Source: Syntrophorhabdaceae bacterium (lineage in GTDB: Bacteria; Desulfobacterota; Syntrophorhabdia; Syntrophorhabdales; Syntrophorhabdaceae). Taken from it: a DNA stretch of 64,000 nucleotides. Below the pieces are notes generated by a model. It was not told the DNA's origin and searched no databases. It was given only the letters and a program-made list of their open reading frames with translations. The stretch is from contig CAXXUO010000001.1 of NCBI GenBank assembly GCA_963666485.2, forward strand, positions 448,001-512,000, given 5' to 3'. This document shows positions 28,547 through 38,654 of the stretch, in pieces. The position numbers and the translations under genes are program-made. Each line of letters begins with the position of its first letter. Within the stretch, counting starts at the first letter, position 1.

Positions 28547-30826
28547 TTGAAGGCTATGCCTTTGGCTCTTATTTTTTCACTGATCGTCCTCGGTTTTTCC
28601 GGGATCGTGGCGCAGACGGTCCTCATCAGGGAAAGCCTTATCATTTATGGCGGGAATGAGCTTTCCCTGGGGATCATCATCGGTGCGTGGGTTATCTGGG
28701 AAGCACTCGGAGCGTATGCCGGGGGACGCGTGCCGCAAGGCGATGAACGGGTGCCGGGGGGTCTTGTCACCGCCAACATAGTGTTCGTCCTTTTCTTCCC
28801 GGCAACGATAGCGGCGATACGGACACTCAAAATAATCATCGGGCTTCCGCCCGAGATGTCTCTCGGGATCACATCGATCTTTTTCTCATCACTCGTCATA
28901 TTCCTGCCGTGCGCGACCACCCACGGTTATGCTTTTACCGCGGCATGCCGCATGTACGAGCGCTCGTCCGCACCAGGGGGACAGCCCGCGGCCCGCGGCT
29001 ACTTCTTCGAGATGGCCGGGACTGTCATCGGCGGCATTGTTGTGAGCTATATTCTCCTGGCCCGGCTTAACCCGGTCCGTATAGCTTTCCTCGTATTCGG
29101 AATTATGTCATTCGCGTGTTTTGTCCTCGGTCTTGGCCGGACGCCTCCCGGGACACGGCAGCGAAAGGCTTTCACTGTTGGAGGTCTCCTCCTGACCACA
29201 GCGGTTGTGGTATGCACGGCGTCCGGCCTCGATACCTTCATCGAGAACCGGTCGATCAGTGCGGAATGGCATGGCCGCACCATCGTATCGTACCGGAATT
29301 CACCCTATCAGAACATTGTCGTCACGAAAGAACAGGAACAGTACACGTTTTTCACCGACGGGACGCCGGCCGCGACCCTGCCGACACCCGATATTGTCCG
29401 TATCGAGGAGATCGTCCATATACCCGGCCTGGCGCACGGGTCGCCCCGGGAGGTCCTTATCATCCACGGGGGGGCCGGCGGGGTTATAAGCGAAATGTTG
29501 AAATACCCGGTGCTTCGCCATATCGATTACGTCGAGATAGACCCTGAGTACCTTGACACCATAGCGCGTTTTCCTTCCGGGCCTGTCAGGTCGGAGCTCA
29601 CCGACGGGCGGGTACGGGTCCATTACACGGACGGGCGGCGCTTTGTCAAAGAAACCACCGGCAGGTACGATATCGTGCTTTCCGGTATCCAGGCCCCCCG
29701 CACGCTTCAGGCCAACAGGTTCTTCACCTCGGAATTCTTTCGTGAGATCAGGAATATACTCAAACCGGGCGGCATATTCATATACACCCTGCCCGGTTCT
29801 CTCGCTTATTATGACCGGGAGCTCAAGGACATGAACGCATCGATACTGCTGACCGCCAGGGAAGTCTTCGGAAGCGTCGCTATCGTTCCCGGGGAAGAGA
29901 ACATATTCATGGCATCCCCCGTGAAGACGGCGCTCGATCTTTCCCCCGACCTGATGGATAAACGGCTCAAGGAATTCCGCCTCCCGCTCAAGCTCATCTC
30001 CCTTCCCCATCTTTCCTACCGTCTCGACCCGGAGAGGCCGGCATGGTTCCAGTCAGCGATACGGGACTCCCGGGCAAGGGCCAATCACGACCTGGCCCCG
30101 ATGGGCCTGTGGTATACGCTCGCTTTTGACAACGCCCTCCATGACCCCTCGTTGCGGCGGTCATTTGCATTGCTCGAAAAATATGGCTTCCTGTTCCTCC
30201 TCCTCGCGAGCTCCTGCGTTGCTGCGGCCGGCTTTGCCTTAAGCCGAAGGTCCGCCGCCGCTCCCGTCTGCTTCGTCGCATTGACAACAGGCTTCGGCGC
30301 GATGGTGCTCGAATTGCTGCTCATATTCATATACCAGGTATGGTCCGGCTATGTCTTCCACGAGATAGGGATGCTCATCACGATGCTCATGACCGGTATG
30401 GCGCTCGGCGCCCTCGCAGCAGGGAAGTGCCTCAAAAAGTTCGCGACCGCCTTCCGGGCCCTAATCGCAACGGAGGCCGTCCTTGCAATAACAGGCCTTA
30501 TCGTGCCCGCCATATTCCTGATCACCGGCATCTACCGGGGACCGGGCCAGTTATCCGCGCGCCTCCTGTGCATGCTGCTCCTCTTCCTGTCAGGGTTCTT
30601 CGCAGGGATTGAATACCCCCTTGCGGTGGACGCATACAGGAAGGTGCATCCAAAAAGAACGGCGGTGGGGCCTGTCTATGGCCTCGATCTTATCGGGGGT
30701 TTTGCCGGGGGGGTTGCCGGGGGGTTCTTCCTGTTCCCCGTCATGGGCCTCGCAAAAACCTGTGTCTTTCTGTTTGCGATCAAGGTGTGCGCCATTCTTA
30801 TGCTGTTATCTGCCAGGCAAAAATAG
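28547..30826 (+). CDS. membrane-fused spermidine-synthase-like (class I SAM fold) protein
   Basis: multi-TM N- and C-terminal regions flanking SPYQNI..EVLIIHGGAGG..YVEID..DGRRFV..FTSEFF..LKPGG; start uncertain (TTG 28547 or ATG 28556). Confidence 0.85.
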   Translation: MKAMPLALIFSLIVLGFSGIVAQTVLIRESLIIYGGNELSLGIIIGAWVIWEALGAYAGGRVPQGDERVPGGLVTANIVFVLFFPATIAAIRTLKIIIGLPPEMSLGITSIFFSSLVIFLPCATTHGYAFTAACRMYERSSAPGGQPAARGYFFEMAGTVIGGIVVSYILLARLNPVRIAFLVFGIMSFACFVLGLGRTPPGTRQRKAFTVGGLLLTTAVVVCTASGLDTFIENRSISAEWHGRTIVSYRNSPYQNIVVTKEQEQYTFFTDGTPAATLPTPDIVRIEEIVHIPGLAHGSPREVLIIHGGAGGVISEMLKYPVLRHIDYVEIDPEYLDTIARFPSGPVRSELTDGRVRVHYTDGRRFVKETTGRYDIVLSGIQAPRTLQANRFFTSEFFREIRNILKPGGIFIYTLPGSLAYYDRELKDMNASILLTAREVFGSVAIVPGEENIFMASPVKTALDLSPDLMDKRLKEFRLPLKLISLPHLSYRLDPERPAWFQSAIRDSRARANHDLAPMGLWYTLAFDNALHDPSLRRSFALLEKYGFLFLLLASSCVAAAGFALSRRSAAAPVCFVALTTGFGAMVLELLLIFIYQVWSGYVFHEIGMLITMLMTGMALGALAAGKCLKKFATAFRALIATEAVLAITGLIVPAIFLITGIYRGPGQLSARLLCMLLLFLSGFFAGIEYPLAVDAYRKVHPKRTAVGPVYGLDLIGGFAGGVAGGFFLFPVMGLAKTCVFLFAIKVCAILMLLSARQK

Positions 30827-30857
30827 TATAATCGCAGGAAATGGGCAAGGTTCCATA

Positions 30858-31976
30858 ATGAACGACCGGATGAAAAGACGGGATTTCCTGAAGATGGCCG
30901 GCCTCGTGCCTCTTATGATCTCGCTCGGTCCCGGTGTAGCCTCGGCTGTCCAGCAGGTCCCCGGGCACCAGGAGGCCAGGTATTACAAAAAGGGCCCCGC
31001 AAGAGCGGTGGATTGCCTTCTGTGCCCCCGCCAGTGCAGCCTTCCCGATGGCGAAACGGGGTTCTGCCGGGCACGCCGGAATACAGGGGGAAAGCTCTAT
31101 TCTCTCGGTTACGGCTGGCCGTGCGCGGTCCATGTCGACCCCATCGAAAAGAAACCGTTCTCCCATGTGCTTCCCCGGACATCTTCCTTTTCCCTTGCCA
31201 GCGCCGGGTGCAACTTTCGCTGCAAATTCTGTCAGAACTGGCAGATATCGCAGGTGTCGCCCCTCGAAACGAACAACATGAAAATGTCCCCGGACGACGT
31301 CGTCAACGCCGCCGGGCAAAAGGGCTGCAGGAGCATCGCCTATACCTACAGTGAACCTTCCAATTTTTACGAGTACATGCTCGATATCGCGAAGATCGCG
31401 CGCAAGCGCGGCATATTGAACGTGTCGCACAGCAACGGCTATATCAACCAGGCACCGCTCAAAGAACTCGCGAAATACATGGACGCCGTCAATATCGACC
31501 TGAAAGGCTTTTCATCGTCCTTCTACGCCACGATGTGCGAGGGTGAGCTTGAACCGGTCCTTTCAACGATAAAGACCCTCAAGCGCTCCGGGGTCTGGGT
31601 GGAAATAACCAATCTTGTCCTGCAGGGATACAACGACGACGAGAAAATGATAAAGGCCATGTGCACGTGGCTTGTCAAAGAAGCCGGGGCCGACACTCCC
31701 GTCCATTTTTCCCGTTTTTATCCCATGTATAAACTGACCGGCGTCTCCCCGACACCCGTGAAAAGCCTCGAGCGCGCCCGGGAGATCGCGATCGCTTCGG
31801 GCCTGAAATTTGCCTATGTAGGAAATATCCCGGGCCATACAGGGGAAAACACCTACTGCCCGAAATGCGGCAAACTCCTTGTGCAAAGATCGGGCTATAA
31901 TGTGCTTGCCAACGTCATAAAAGACGGTACATGCCCTGATTGCTCGACACGGATAGGAGGCATATGGAACCGATGA
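30858..31976 (+). CDS. amrS: AmmeMemoRadiSam radical SAM enzyme with twin-arginine signal
   Basis: MKRRDFLK signal; CLLCPRQC..GFCRAR, VDPIEKKPF, GCNFRCKFCQNWQISQ, AYTYSEP, YVGN..TYCPKC. Confidence 0.92.
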   Translation: MNDRMKRRDFLKMAGLVPLMISLGPGVASAVQQVPGHQEARYYKKGPARAVDCLLCPRQCSLPDGETGFCRARRNTGGKLYSLGYGWPCAVHVDPIEKKPFSHVLPRTSSFSLASAGCNFRCKFCQNWQISQVSPLETNNMKMSPDDVVNAAGQKGCRSIAYTYSEPSNFYEYMLDIAKIARKRGILNVSHSNGYINQAPLKELAKYMDAVNIDLKGFSSSFYATMCEGELEPVLSTIKTLKRSGVWVEITNLVLQGYNDDEKMIKAMCTWLVKEAGADTPVHFSRFYPMYKLTGVSPTPVKSLERAREIAIASGLKFAYVGNIPGHTGENTYCPKCGKLLVQRSGYNVLANVIKDGTCPDCSTRIGGIWNR

Positions 31977-33448
31977 TAGTAAAGAGACGCGTCTACCCGC
32001 TCGCCTTATTTGCAGCCTTTTTATTGTTTTTTACCTTTTCTGTGCTGGCAGACCCGGCCAGCCCTCCCGTTAAAAAGGCGGGCTTTGCCGGCGCGTTCTA
32101 TCCGGCAGCGAGGCAGGACCTTGAGAAGGCGGTCGACGATTATCTCAAGAATGCCGCTTCCGCAGGGTGTTCAGGCGCGCCCGGCACTTTCGCGGTCATG
32201 GCCCCCCATGCGGGATACATCTATTCCGGACAGGTCGCGGCATGCTCCTACTCGGCGCTCAAGGGCACGAAGGCAAGAACGGTCATTCTGCTCGGGTCGA
32301 GCCACCGGGCCTCTTTCGATGGCGTCGCTTTGTATCCGGACGGAAGCTGGGAAACCCCGCTCGGCCCTGTCGCGATCGATGCCGCGGCGGCGAAGGCTTT
32401 AGCGCCCCCCGGAGGTATCCTCAAGGCCCTGCCGGGTGTGTTCGACGGGGAACATTCCCTTGAGGTCCAGCTTCCCTTCCTCCAGAGGACGTTTAAGGAT
32501 GTGAAGATCGTTCCCCTGCTCACAGGGCGCATCGACAAACAGGGCATTGCCCAATTAGCGGATGCCCTGAAGGGGGCCATTGCCAGGGACAAGGGCCGGA
32601 CGGTGCTCGTCGTATCCTCAGACATGTCTCACTACCGCTCGTACACCGCAGCGGAGACCATGGACGTATCGACCTTGAAGCAGATCGAGGGGCTCTCCTG
32701 GGAGGGCCTTCTTAACGGCGTCTCGCGCGGCGAAAATGAACTGTGCGCGGCCCCCGCAGTCGTTGCGGCGATGAAGGCGACGAGAGACATGAACGGGGAA
32801 GCGCACATCCTCGGTTACGCGAATTCCGGCGATACGGGCGGGGACAGGTCCCGGGTTGTCGGGTATGGTTCGGTGTCGTTCGTACTGCCGGAGAAAAAAG
32901 ACCTCCCTCCTCTCACAGAGGCCCAGAAGAAGAAACTCCTTTCGCTTGCCCGCAAAACCCTCGATGAATATGTTTCGTCGAAGACCATCCCGGCCGTCGA
33001 GATGAAGGACGCCAGGCTCACGGAGCGGTCGGGGGTATTTGTCACCCTGAACAAGCACGGGCAGCTCAGGGGCTGCATCGGGTATATACGGCCGATCGCG
33101 CCGCTTTACCGGTCCGTCGTCGAGATGACCGTGGCAGCGGCATCGCGCGACACGAGGTTCCTTCCCGTGACGGCCAAGGAGACGAAGGATATAGCGATAG
33201 AGATATCGGTGCTTTCGCCTCTCAAGATCATACGGTCGCCGAATGAGATCGTGATCGGCAGGCACGGCCTGTATATCGTAAGGGGCGGCGTATCCGGCCT
33301 CCTTCTGCCGCAGGTGGCGACCCATTACACGTGGAATCGGGAGGAGTTCCTCCGCAATACATGCTCGAAAGCAGGGCTGCCCGAAGATGCCTGGAAGGAT
33401 AAAGAGGCAAAGATCTTTATTTTCTCGGCTGAGATCTTCTCGGAGTAG
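31964..33448 (+). CDS. AmmeMemoRadiSam protein B (Memo) - protein A (AMMECR1) fusion with signal peptide
   Basis: AGAFYP, PHAGYIYSG, EHSLEVQLPFLQ, SSDMSHY, VVGY (Memo); GVFVTL..LRGCIG..EISVLS..GRHGL..LLPQVA (AMMECR1); start 31964 or 31973. Confidence 0.92.
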   Translation: MEPMIVKRRVYPLALFAAFLLFFTFSVLADPASPPVKKAGFAGAFYPAARQDLEKAVDDYLKNAASAGCSGAPGTFAVMAPHAGYIYSGQVAACSYSALKGTKARTVILLGSSHRASFDGVALYPDGSWETPLGPVAIDAAAAKALAPPGGILKALPGVFDGEHSLEVQLPFLQRTFKDVKIVPLLTGRIDKQGIAQLADALKGAIARDKGRTVLVVSSDMSHYRSYTAAETMDVSTLKQIEGLSWEGLLNGVSRGENELCAAPAVVAAMKATRDMNGEAHILGYANSGDTGGDRSRVVGYGSVSFVLPEKKDLPPLTEAQKKKLLSLARKTLDEYVSSKTIPAVEMKDARLTERSGVFVTLNKHGQLRGCIGYIRPIAPLYRSVVEMTVAAASRDTRFLPVTAKETKDIAIEISVLSPLKIIRSPNEIVIGRHGLYIVRGGVSGLLLPQVATHYTWNREEFLRNTCSKAGLPEDAWKDKEAKIFIFSAEIFSE

Positions 33449-33481
33449 TAATGCCACGTACTATCAGATAAGGGAGTCTGA

Positions 33482-33847
33482 ATGAAGATCAGTTGTTCCG
33501 TAAACACCGAAAATAGTATTAATCAGGACCGGGACAGGTTCCTCACGTCCTGCATGGGCGCCTGCTGGCATGAAAAAACCGGCGAGCCTGTCACGAAGTT
33601 CGCGTCCAAAGGTTTCATATGCATAAAATGCGGCATGTTCTTTACCGCGCAGAACAATTACTCGATGCCTGAAGATTTTTTGAAACTGTACGAATGGGCC
33701 AAAAACGACAGCGGTCTCGACGAATTTGTAAAGAAATTCAAGCCTGCAGATTTCCTGAATGAAAAGAAGGGGCCGCGTACGAGAAAATCATTCGCTGACG
33801 GCCTCTTCGCACTGCTTTCCGCCCGGGAGGAAAAGAGCGATGTTTGA
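33482..33847 (+). CDS. hypothetical protein with CWH and CxxC motifs
   Basis: AAGGGAG RBS; FLTSCMGACWH..FICIKCG; stop overlaps next start. Confidence 0.75.
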   Translation: MKISCSVNTENSINQDRDRFLTSCMGACWHEKTGEPVTKFASKGFICIKCGMFFTAQNNYSMPEDFLKLYEWAKNDSGLDEFVKKFKPADFLNEKKGPRTRKSFADGLFALLSAREEKSDV

Positions 33848-35042
33848 TAAAGGGATACGGGAAAAATATGCCGACGTCCTGTTGTGGGGACTTACGACCG
33901 CCCGGAAAGGGGCATTCAAGAAAGGGGATGTTATCCTTATCCAGTATGACCCTGCCGCACGGGAACTCGCCGAGACGATCTACCGCAAGGTCCTCGAGAG
34001 GGGCATGTACCCCCTCCAGCGGATGGGGCTTACCAACACGATGGAACACACATTTTATGAAATGGCGAACGAGCAGCAGCTGAAATTCCTGCCGCCGGGT
34101 GACAGGGAGCTCTACCAGGCAATAAACGGCCGCATCTTCCTTCGCGCGCCCGAGTCGCTCACATATCTGAAGGATATCGATCCCTCACGCATCGGGAAGG
34201 TCCTTGTTTCACGCAAGCCCTTCCGGGAAATAATGGACAGACGGGAAGAAAAAGGAGTGTACAGCTGGACATTGTGCACCTATCCGACGGCGGGCCTGGC
34301 AAAGCAGGCAAAGATGCCGCTTTCAGCTTATGCCGCCCAGATCAGGAAAGCCTGTTTCCTCGACCTCAAGGACCCGGTCCGGAAATGGGAGGCCATACAC
34401 GCGAAAGCGACTGAGATCAAGAAATGGCTGAGCAGTCTGCACGTCGAATATTTTCGGGTGGTCTCCCGGAATATGGACCTTGTCCTCACACCCGGGGACA
34501 AGAGAAAGTGGGCAGGCATCTCCGGTCACAACATACCGAGCTTCGAGGTTTTCCTCTCACCTGACTTTCGCGGCACCGAGGGCGTTTACTACGCGAACCT
34601 GCCTTCCTTCCGCAGCGGAAATTACGTCGAGGGCGTACGGCTCGTCTTCAGGAAAGGGAAGGTCGTTGAGGCCGAAGCGAAAAAGGGCGGGGAATTCCTG
34701 AAAAAGCAGGTTGCCATGGACAAGGGGGCCTGCCGGGTCGGCGAGTTTTCACTCACGGACAAGCGATTCTCCCTTATCGACCGTTTCATGGCGGATACGC
34801 TGTTCGACGAGAACTTCGGGGGTAGCGACGGCAATTGCCATCTTGCTCTCGGGGCATCCTACAGTGACACGTATAGCGGCAACCCGGCCCGGCTGACGAG
34901 GGAGGTCAAGGCCAGGCTTGGCTTCAACGACTCGGCCCTGCACTGGGACCTTGTGAATACCGAGCCGAAGACGGTGACTGCCTATCTTAAAGACGGCAGG
35001 GAAATGGTCATTTATGAAAAAGGCGTCTTTCGGAAACCGTGA
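33840..35042 (+). CDS. aminopeptidase (M29 family)
   Basis: KYADVLL, HNIPSFEVFLSP, VGEFSL, DTLFDENFGG..HLALGASY, NDSALHWDLV. Confidence 0.9.
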   Translation: MFDKGIREKYADVLLWGLTTARKGAFKKGDVILIQYDPAARELAETIYRKVLERGMYPLQRMGLTNTMEHTFYEMANEQQLKFLPPGDRELYQAINGRIFLRAPESLTYLKDIDPSRIGKVLVSRKPFREIMDRREEKGVYSWTLCTYPTAGLAKQAKMPLSAYAAQIRKACFLDLKDPVRKWEAIHAKATEIKKWLSSLHVEYFRVVSRNMDLVLTPGDKRKWAGISGHNIPSFEVFLSPDFRGTEGVYYANLPSFRSGNYVEGVRLVFRKGKVVEAEAKKGGEFLKKQVAMDKGACRVGEFSLTDKRFSLIDRFMADTLFDENFGGSDGNCHLALGASYSDTYSGNPARLTREVKARLGFNDSALHWDLVNTEPKTVTAYLKDGREMVIYEKGVFRKP

Positions 35043-35137
35043 GATTTCAACCCGGGACAACCGGGCAACGGCATTGTCCGCGTATTTCATCTGTGCTAGA
35101 ATACCGTGCATATTACTATGAGAAAGGGCGTTTATCT

Positions 35138-35524
35138 ATGGGTAAGGCAATATCAGGCAGTCTGTTGAAAATGTGGGAACTTCTCCCCGACGAGATACAG
35201 GACGCTCTCCTGTTGGCCACAGAAAAGTATCGGCATGCCGACAGGGACAACACGGTCAATTCGTGCCCGCACTGCGGGGACCACAATACGATGGACTGCT
35301 CCAATATAGACCCTATCAATGACGCCACGGTGGGCCTATGCTGCGTCTGCGGGTATCTCTGGTGCACGGAATGCGATGCGTCATTGATGCACGGGATAGA
35401 CTGCGGCCACTGGCAGATATGCACCGCATGCCCCGAAAAGAAGGAATCAGGCTTCTGCGGCACGCTCGTCTGGGAATGCCCCCGCATCAAGGAATGGCTG
35501 AGAAAGAATCATCCGGTAGTATAA
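35138..35524 (+). CDS. Cys-rich putative metal-binding protein
   Basis: CPHC, CCVC, CTEC, CGHWQICTAC..C..C; start at ATG 35138 inferred. Confidence 0.7.
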   Translation: MGKAISGSLLKMWELLPDEIQDALLLATEKYRHADRDNTVNSCPHCGDHNTMDCSNIDPINDATVGLCCVCGYLWCTECDASLMHGIDCGHWQICTACPEKKESGFCGTLVWECPRIKEWLRKNHPVV

Positions 35525-35530
35525 TAAGAG

Positions 35531-35616
35531 AGGCGATGGGCAAGGTGCGATAGGAAAGGACATTCTCCCTATAGCCTATCGCCTATCGCCTATAGCCTAT
35601 AGCCTATCGCCTATAA
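35531..35616. repeat. heptamer array (GCCTATA/GCCTATC)n with short inverted partner
   Basis: CCTATAGCCTATCGCCTATCGCCTATAGCCTATAGCCTATCGCCTATA; AGGCGATGGGC..GCGATAGG upstream. Confidence 0.85.
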
Positions 35617-35635
35617 CTATTTTAAGGAGCTATCG

Positions 35636-35809
35636 ATGGACAAGAAAGCTGTAATGGAAAAAGTTAAAACCCAGCTGCAGGACGGGAAGATCTCGTGCCA
35701 GAGGGCCCGCAAGCTCGCCGAAGACGAAGGCATTACCTACAAGGACATGGGCGATCTGCTCAACGAGAACAAGATCAAGATAATGGGCTGCCAGCTCGGC
35801 TGCTTCTGA
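35636..35809 (+). CDS. small protein (57 aa) ending CQLGCF; absent from ORF track
   Basis: TAAGGAG RBS; MDKKAVMEKVKTQLQDGKISCQRARKLAEDEGITYKDMGDLLNENKIKIMGCQLGCF; hairpin plus T-run follows at ~35812-35842. Confidence 0.85.
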   Translation: MDKKAVMEKVKTQLQDGKISCQRARKLAEDEGITYKDMGDLLNENKIKIMGCQLGCF

Positions 35810-35921
35810 TAAACGCGGTCCCCGGAACGGGGCCCGCGTTTTCGGGTACCCGCATGCCCTTGCTTAGCTCTCCCTGTTCTGTTACAATTTTCTGATAGAA
35901 TCCGATGAGAGGTAATCATTC

Positions 35922-36830
35922 ATGAACATTCTTTCCGCAATCGGCAATACGCCACTCGTGGAATTGTGCAATATCAACCCCAACCCGAACGTAAAGGTCC
36001 TGTGCAAACTGGAGGGGTGCAACCCCGGGGGCTCGGTGAAGGACCGCCCCGCCCTGTACATGATAACAAACGCCGAGAAACGCGGGGAGCTCACCAAGGA
36101 AAGAACGATCCTCGAACCGACGTCCGGCAATACCGGGATTGCGATCGCGATGATCGGGGCGGCGAAAGGTTACCATGTCGAGCTGTGCATGCCGGCGTGC
36201 GTCAGCAACGAACGGCGCCTGATACTGCAGGGCCTCGGCTCCGAGGTGTTTCTCACGCCCGCGAAAGAGAACATAGACGGTGCCATCCGGCAGGCGCACA
36301 TTTTCTTGAGCGACGAACCGAAAAAATACTACATGCCGAACCAGTATGAGAACCCGGACAATGTCCTTGCGCATTTCGAGACAACCGGGCCGGAAATATA
36401 CCGCCAGACCGACGGGGAGATCGATTATTTTGTAGCGGGCATGGGAACGGGAGGTTCATTGATGGGGACCGGAAAATACCTCAAGTCGGTGAAGCCCTCC
36501 GTGAAGATCGTCGGCGTCGAACCGGTGATGGGCCATACCATCCAGGGGCTGAAGAACATGACGGAATCCATTGTCCCCGGGATATACCACCAGGAAAAAC
36601 TCGACATGAAGGAGATGGTGGAAGATGGTGAGGCCTTCGAATTGACAGGGCTCCTCGCCCAGAAAGAAGGCATCTTCGTCGGAACGTCAAGCGGCGCCGC
36701 AGCAGCCGTCGCCTTGAGGATCGCCCAGAGGATCGATCACGGGACGATAGTCGTTCTCTTCCCGGACCGCGGGGACAGGTACTTAAGCACCATGCAGTTC
36801 AGGTCCATCTGCGCCAAGTGCCCGCCCTGA
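35922..36830 (+). CDS. PLP-dependent cysteine synthase family protein
   Basis: IGNTPLVEL, KLEGCNPGGSVKDR, EPTSGNTG, GMGTGG, FPDRGDRYLST; C-terminal SICAKCPP. Confidence 0.93.
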   Translation: MNILSAIGNTPLVELCNINPNPNVKVLCKLEGCNPGGSVKDRPALYMITNAEKRGELTKERTILEPTSGNTGIAIAMIGAAKGYHVELCMPACVSNERRLILQGLGSEVFLTPAKENIDGAIRQAHIFLSDEPKKYYMPNQYENPDNVLAHFETTGPEIYRQTDGEIDYFVAGMGTGGSLMGTGKYLKSVKPSVKIVGVEPVMGHTIQGLKNMTESIVPGIYHQEKLDMKEMVEDGEAFELTGLLAQKEGIFVGTSSGAAAAVALRIAQRIDHGTIVVLFPDRGDRYLSTMQFRSICAKCPP

Positions 36831-36892
36831 GACCATTCAATTGTGCCGTCGAACCAGCAACTGCATGACATCATACCGTGCAGGAGCCGTAA

Positions 36893-37228
36893 ATGAGGGA
36901 GATAGCAAACACCAATCTCACAGAAAAAGACATCCCGCCCCCCGGTGCACAATACTGGGGCCTGATCGATCGCTTCGCGCTTTCTTTTGACGGATACAAA
37001 TACTGGGGCACATTCGAAAAATGCGCTGAGATCTCAAATAACCGGATAAACGCCTGGCACGAGGCGAAAACCTTGCCTGCCTCATTGACCGAATTGCGAA
37101 CGTGCTTATTTATGCAACAAAGGGCCTGGAAACATCTGGAAGAGCATCCCGATGAAAAGGCCATGATATATATCCGCGCTCTCGTTGAGGCGATCAGAAA
37201 CAAAGTTCAGAAGAATGAATTAGAGTAA
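36893..37228 (+). CDS. hypothetical protein
   Basis: AGGAG RBS; FALSFDGY..LTELRTCLFMQQR. Confidence 0.75.
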   Translation: MREIANTNLTEKDIPPPGAQYWGLIDRFALSFDGYKYWGTFEKCAEISNNRINAWHEAKTLPASLTELRTCLFMQQRAWKHLEEHPDEKAMIYIRALVEAIRNKVQKNELE

Positions 37229-37393
37229 TCCAGGATCTGGTTTGCTTCATCTTCGTTGTTACCGGGACGCCATACAGTTCAGGCCCATCCGTGCCAAATA
37301 CCCCCTTCAAAAGATCTTCAGGCCCGGAAGGCTCCGGGTAAACATTATTAAGCCGGCCCGGCTCACATCTGTTCTATTCGCGTGACAATATCA

Positions 37394-37422
37394 TTGACAT
37401 TTTTATGGACATAATCTACACT
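37394..37422 (+). promoter_or_regulatory. sigma70-like promoter of the Fic gene with a palindrome in the spacer
   Basis: TTGACA-17 bp-TACACT; TTATG-GA-CATAA at 37403-37414. Confidence 0.6.
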
Positions 37423-37459
37423 TATTGTATCATAACTTATGGACTATTAAGGATATATA

Positions 37460-38614
37460 TTGGACAAAATACTTACAATAAGGACGTTCAAATCGGGACA
37501 TATCTATTTCAGCTCCCGGTATCAGGATTCCACATTACGGGAAACTTTCACAGAGGCAAGAACCCTCTATGCAACAATTAAAGATCTGCCCATCATTCCG
37601 CAGTATGCATCCTTTCTGGAAGAAGAGCTTGTAAAGCGTTCTATCTTTGGGACGGCTGCAATTGAAGGAAACCCCCTTTCAGAAGAGAAAATTAAGAGAA
37701 TTATAGAAAAAACTCCAGACACTTCCGGATCAATGGGGCAGTTCGAACAAGAAATAAGAAATTTGAACGAGGCGTACAATAATTATGTGATTAGATGTAA
37801 AAAAAACGTTATGCCAGCATATCTTACCGAAGACAATATAACTGAAATTCACCGGATCGTTACCAATAAGATCGATTATGAGCACAATGTTCCCGGTCAT
37901 TACAGGAATGAACGTGTTCAGGTCGGCGATAAAGAACATGGCGGAGTATACACGCCTCCCAAGGTCCTCGATGACATTAGAATTTTAATGAAAGCCTTTG
38001 TAGACTGGATAAACAGCGACGAACTGCTGCGCCTGGAACCAATCATCCGGGCGGCTTTAGCGCATTATTATCTGGGACTTATCCATCCGTTCAGGGATGG
38101 GAACGGGAGAACTGCACGAATAATTGAGGCATATCTTCTGACCTGCAGCGGCTACAGGTATGTACCAGTTATGCTATCCAATTTTTACTACAAGAACATC
38201 GATAAGTATTTTTTGGCCTTCTCCGTTACTGAAAAAAACAAAGACCATGATTTGACCTATTTTCTGGAGTTTGTGACGGGAGGATTTGTAGAGTCCCTGA
38301 AAGAAATCAAGGACCGCATTATCTTCATGATCAGAAAGTTGGCACTCAAAGATTATTATTCATTTCTGAAAGAAAGGTCGGAGATCAACCAGAGACAATG
38401 CGATCTGTTGTCCATTTTACTCGCCCGGCCTGCAGCTTTCTCTTTTCGGGATTTATTTGAAAATCCCGTTTTTTCGATCCTCTTTAGGAATGTCGTGGAT
38501 AGAACTGCTAAACGGGACCTGAAAAAGCTATGCGGGATGAACCTTTTAACATATCAAGACGATAAGTACCTTCTAAATTTCAAGGTTCTGGATCCATTCA
38601 GCAATATCCCGTAG
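37460..38614 (+). CDS. Fic family protein with C-terminal HTH-like region
   Basis: HPFRDGNGRTAR catalytic motif, TAAIEGN inhibitory motif, RTAKRDLKKL; AT-rich; TTG start. Confidence 0.93.
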   Translation: MDKILTIRTFKSGHIYFSSRYQDSTLRETFTEARTLYATIKDLPIIPQYASFLEEELVKRSIFGTAAIEGNPLSEEKIKRIIEKTPDTSGSMGQFEQEIRNLNEAYNNYVIRCKKNVMPAYLTEDNITEIHRIVTNKIDYEHNVPGHYRNERVQVGDKEHGGVYTPPKVLDDIRILMKAFVDWINSDELLRLEPIIRAALAHYYLGLIHPFRDGNGRTARIIEAYLLTCSGYRYVPVMLSNFYYKNIDKYFLAFSVTEKNKDHDLTYFLEFVTGGFVESLKEIKDRIIFMIRKLALKDYYSFLKERSEINQRQCDLLSILLARPAAFSFRDLFENPVFSILFRNVVDRTAKRDLKKLCGMNLLTYQDDKYLLNFKVLDPFSNIP

Positions 38615-38654
38615 ACGTTTGCCATTGATAAACGTCGATCCCTGCCCGACCGGG

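Noticed and set aside
35040..35100. Hairpin after the aminopeptidase TGA resembling a SECIS
   Set aside because: The M29 domain is complete before the stop, the extension is short and featureless, and the +5..+17 hairpin is absent.
36828..36880. Sec readthrough at the cysteine synthase TGA (..CAKCPP-UGA)
   Set aside because: No stem with a G-starting small loop at SECIS distance and no convincing coding continuation.
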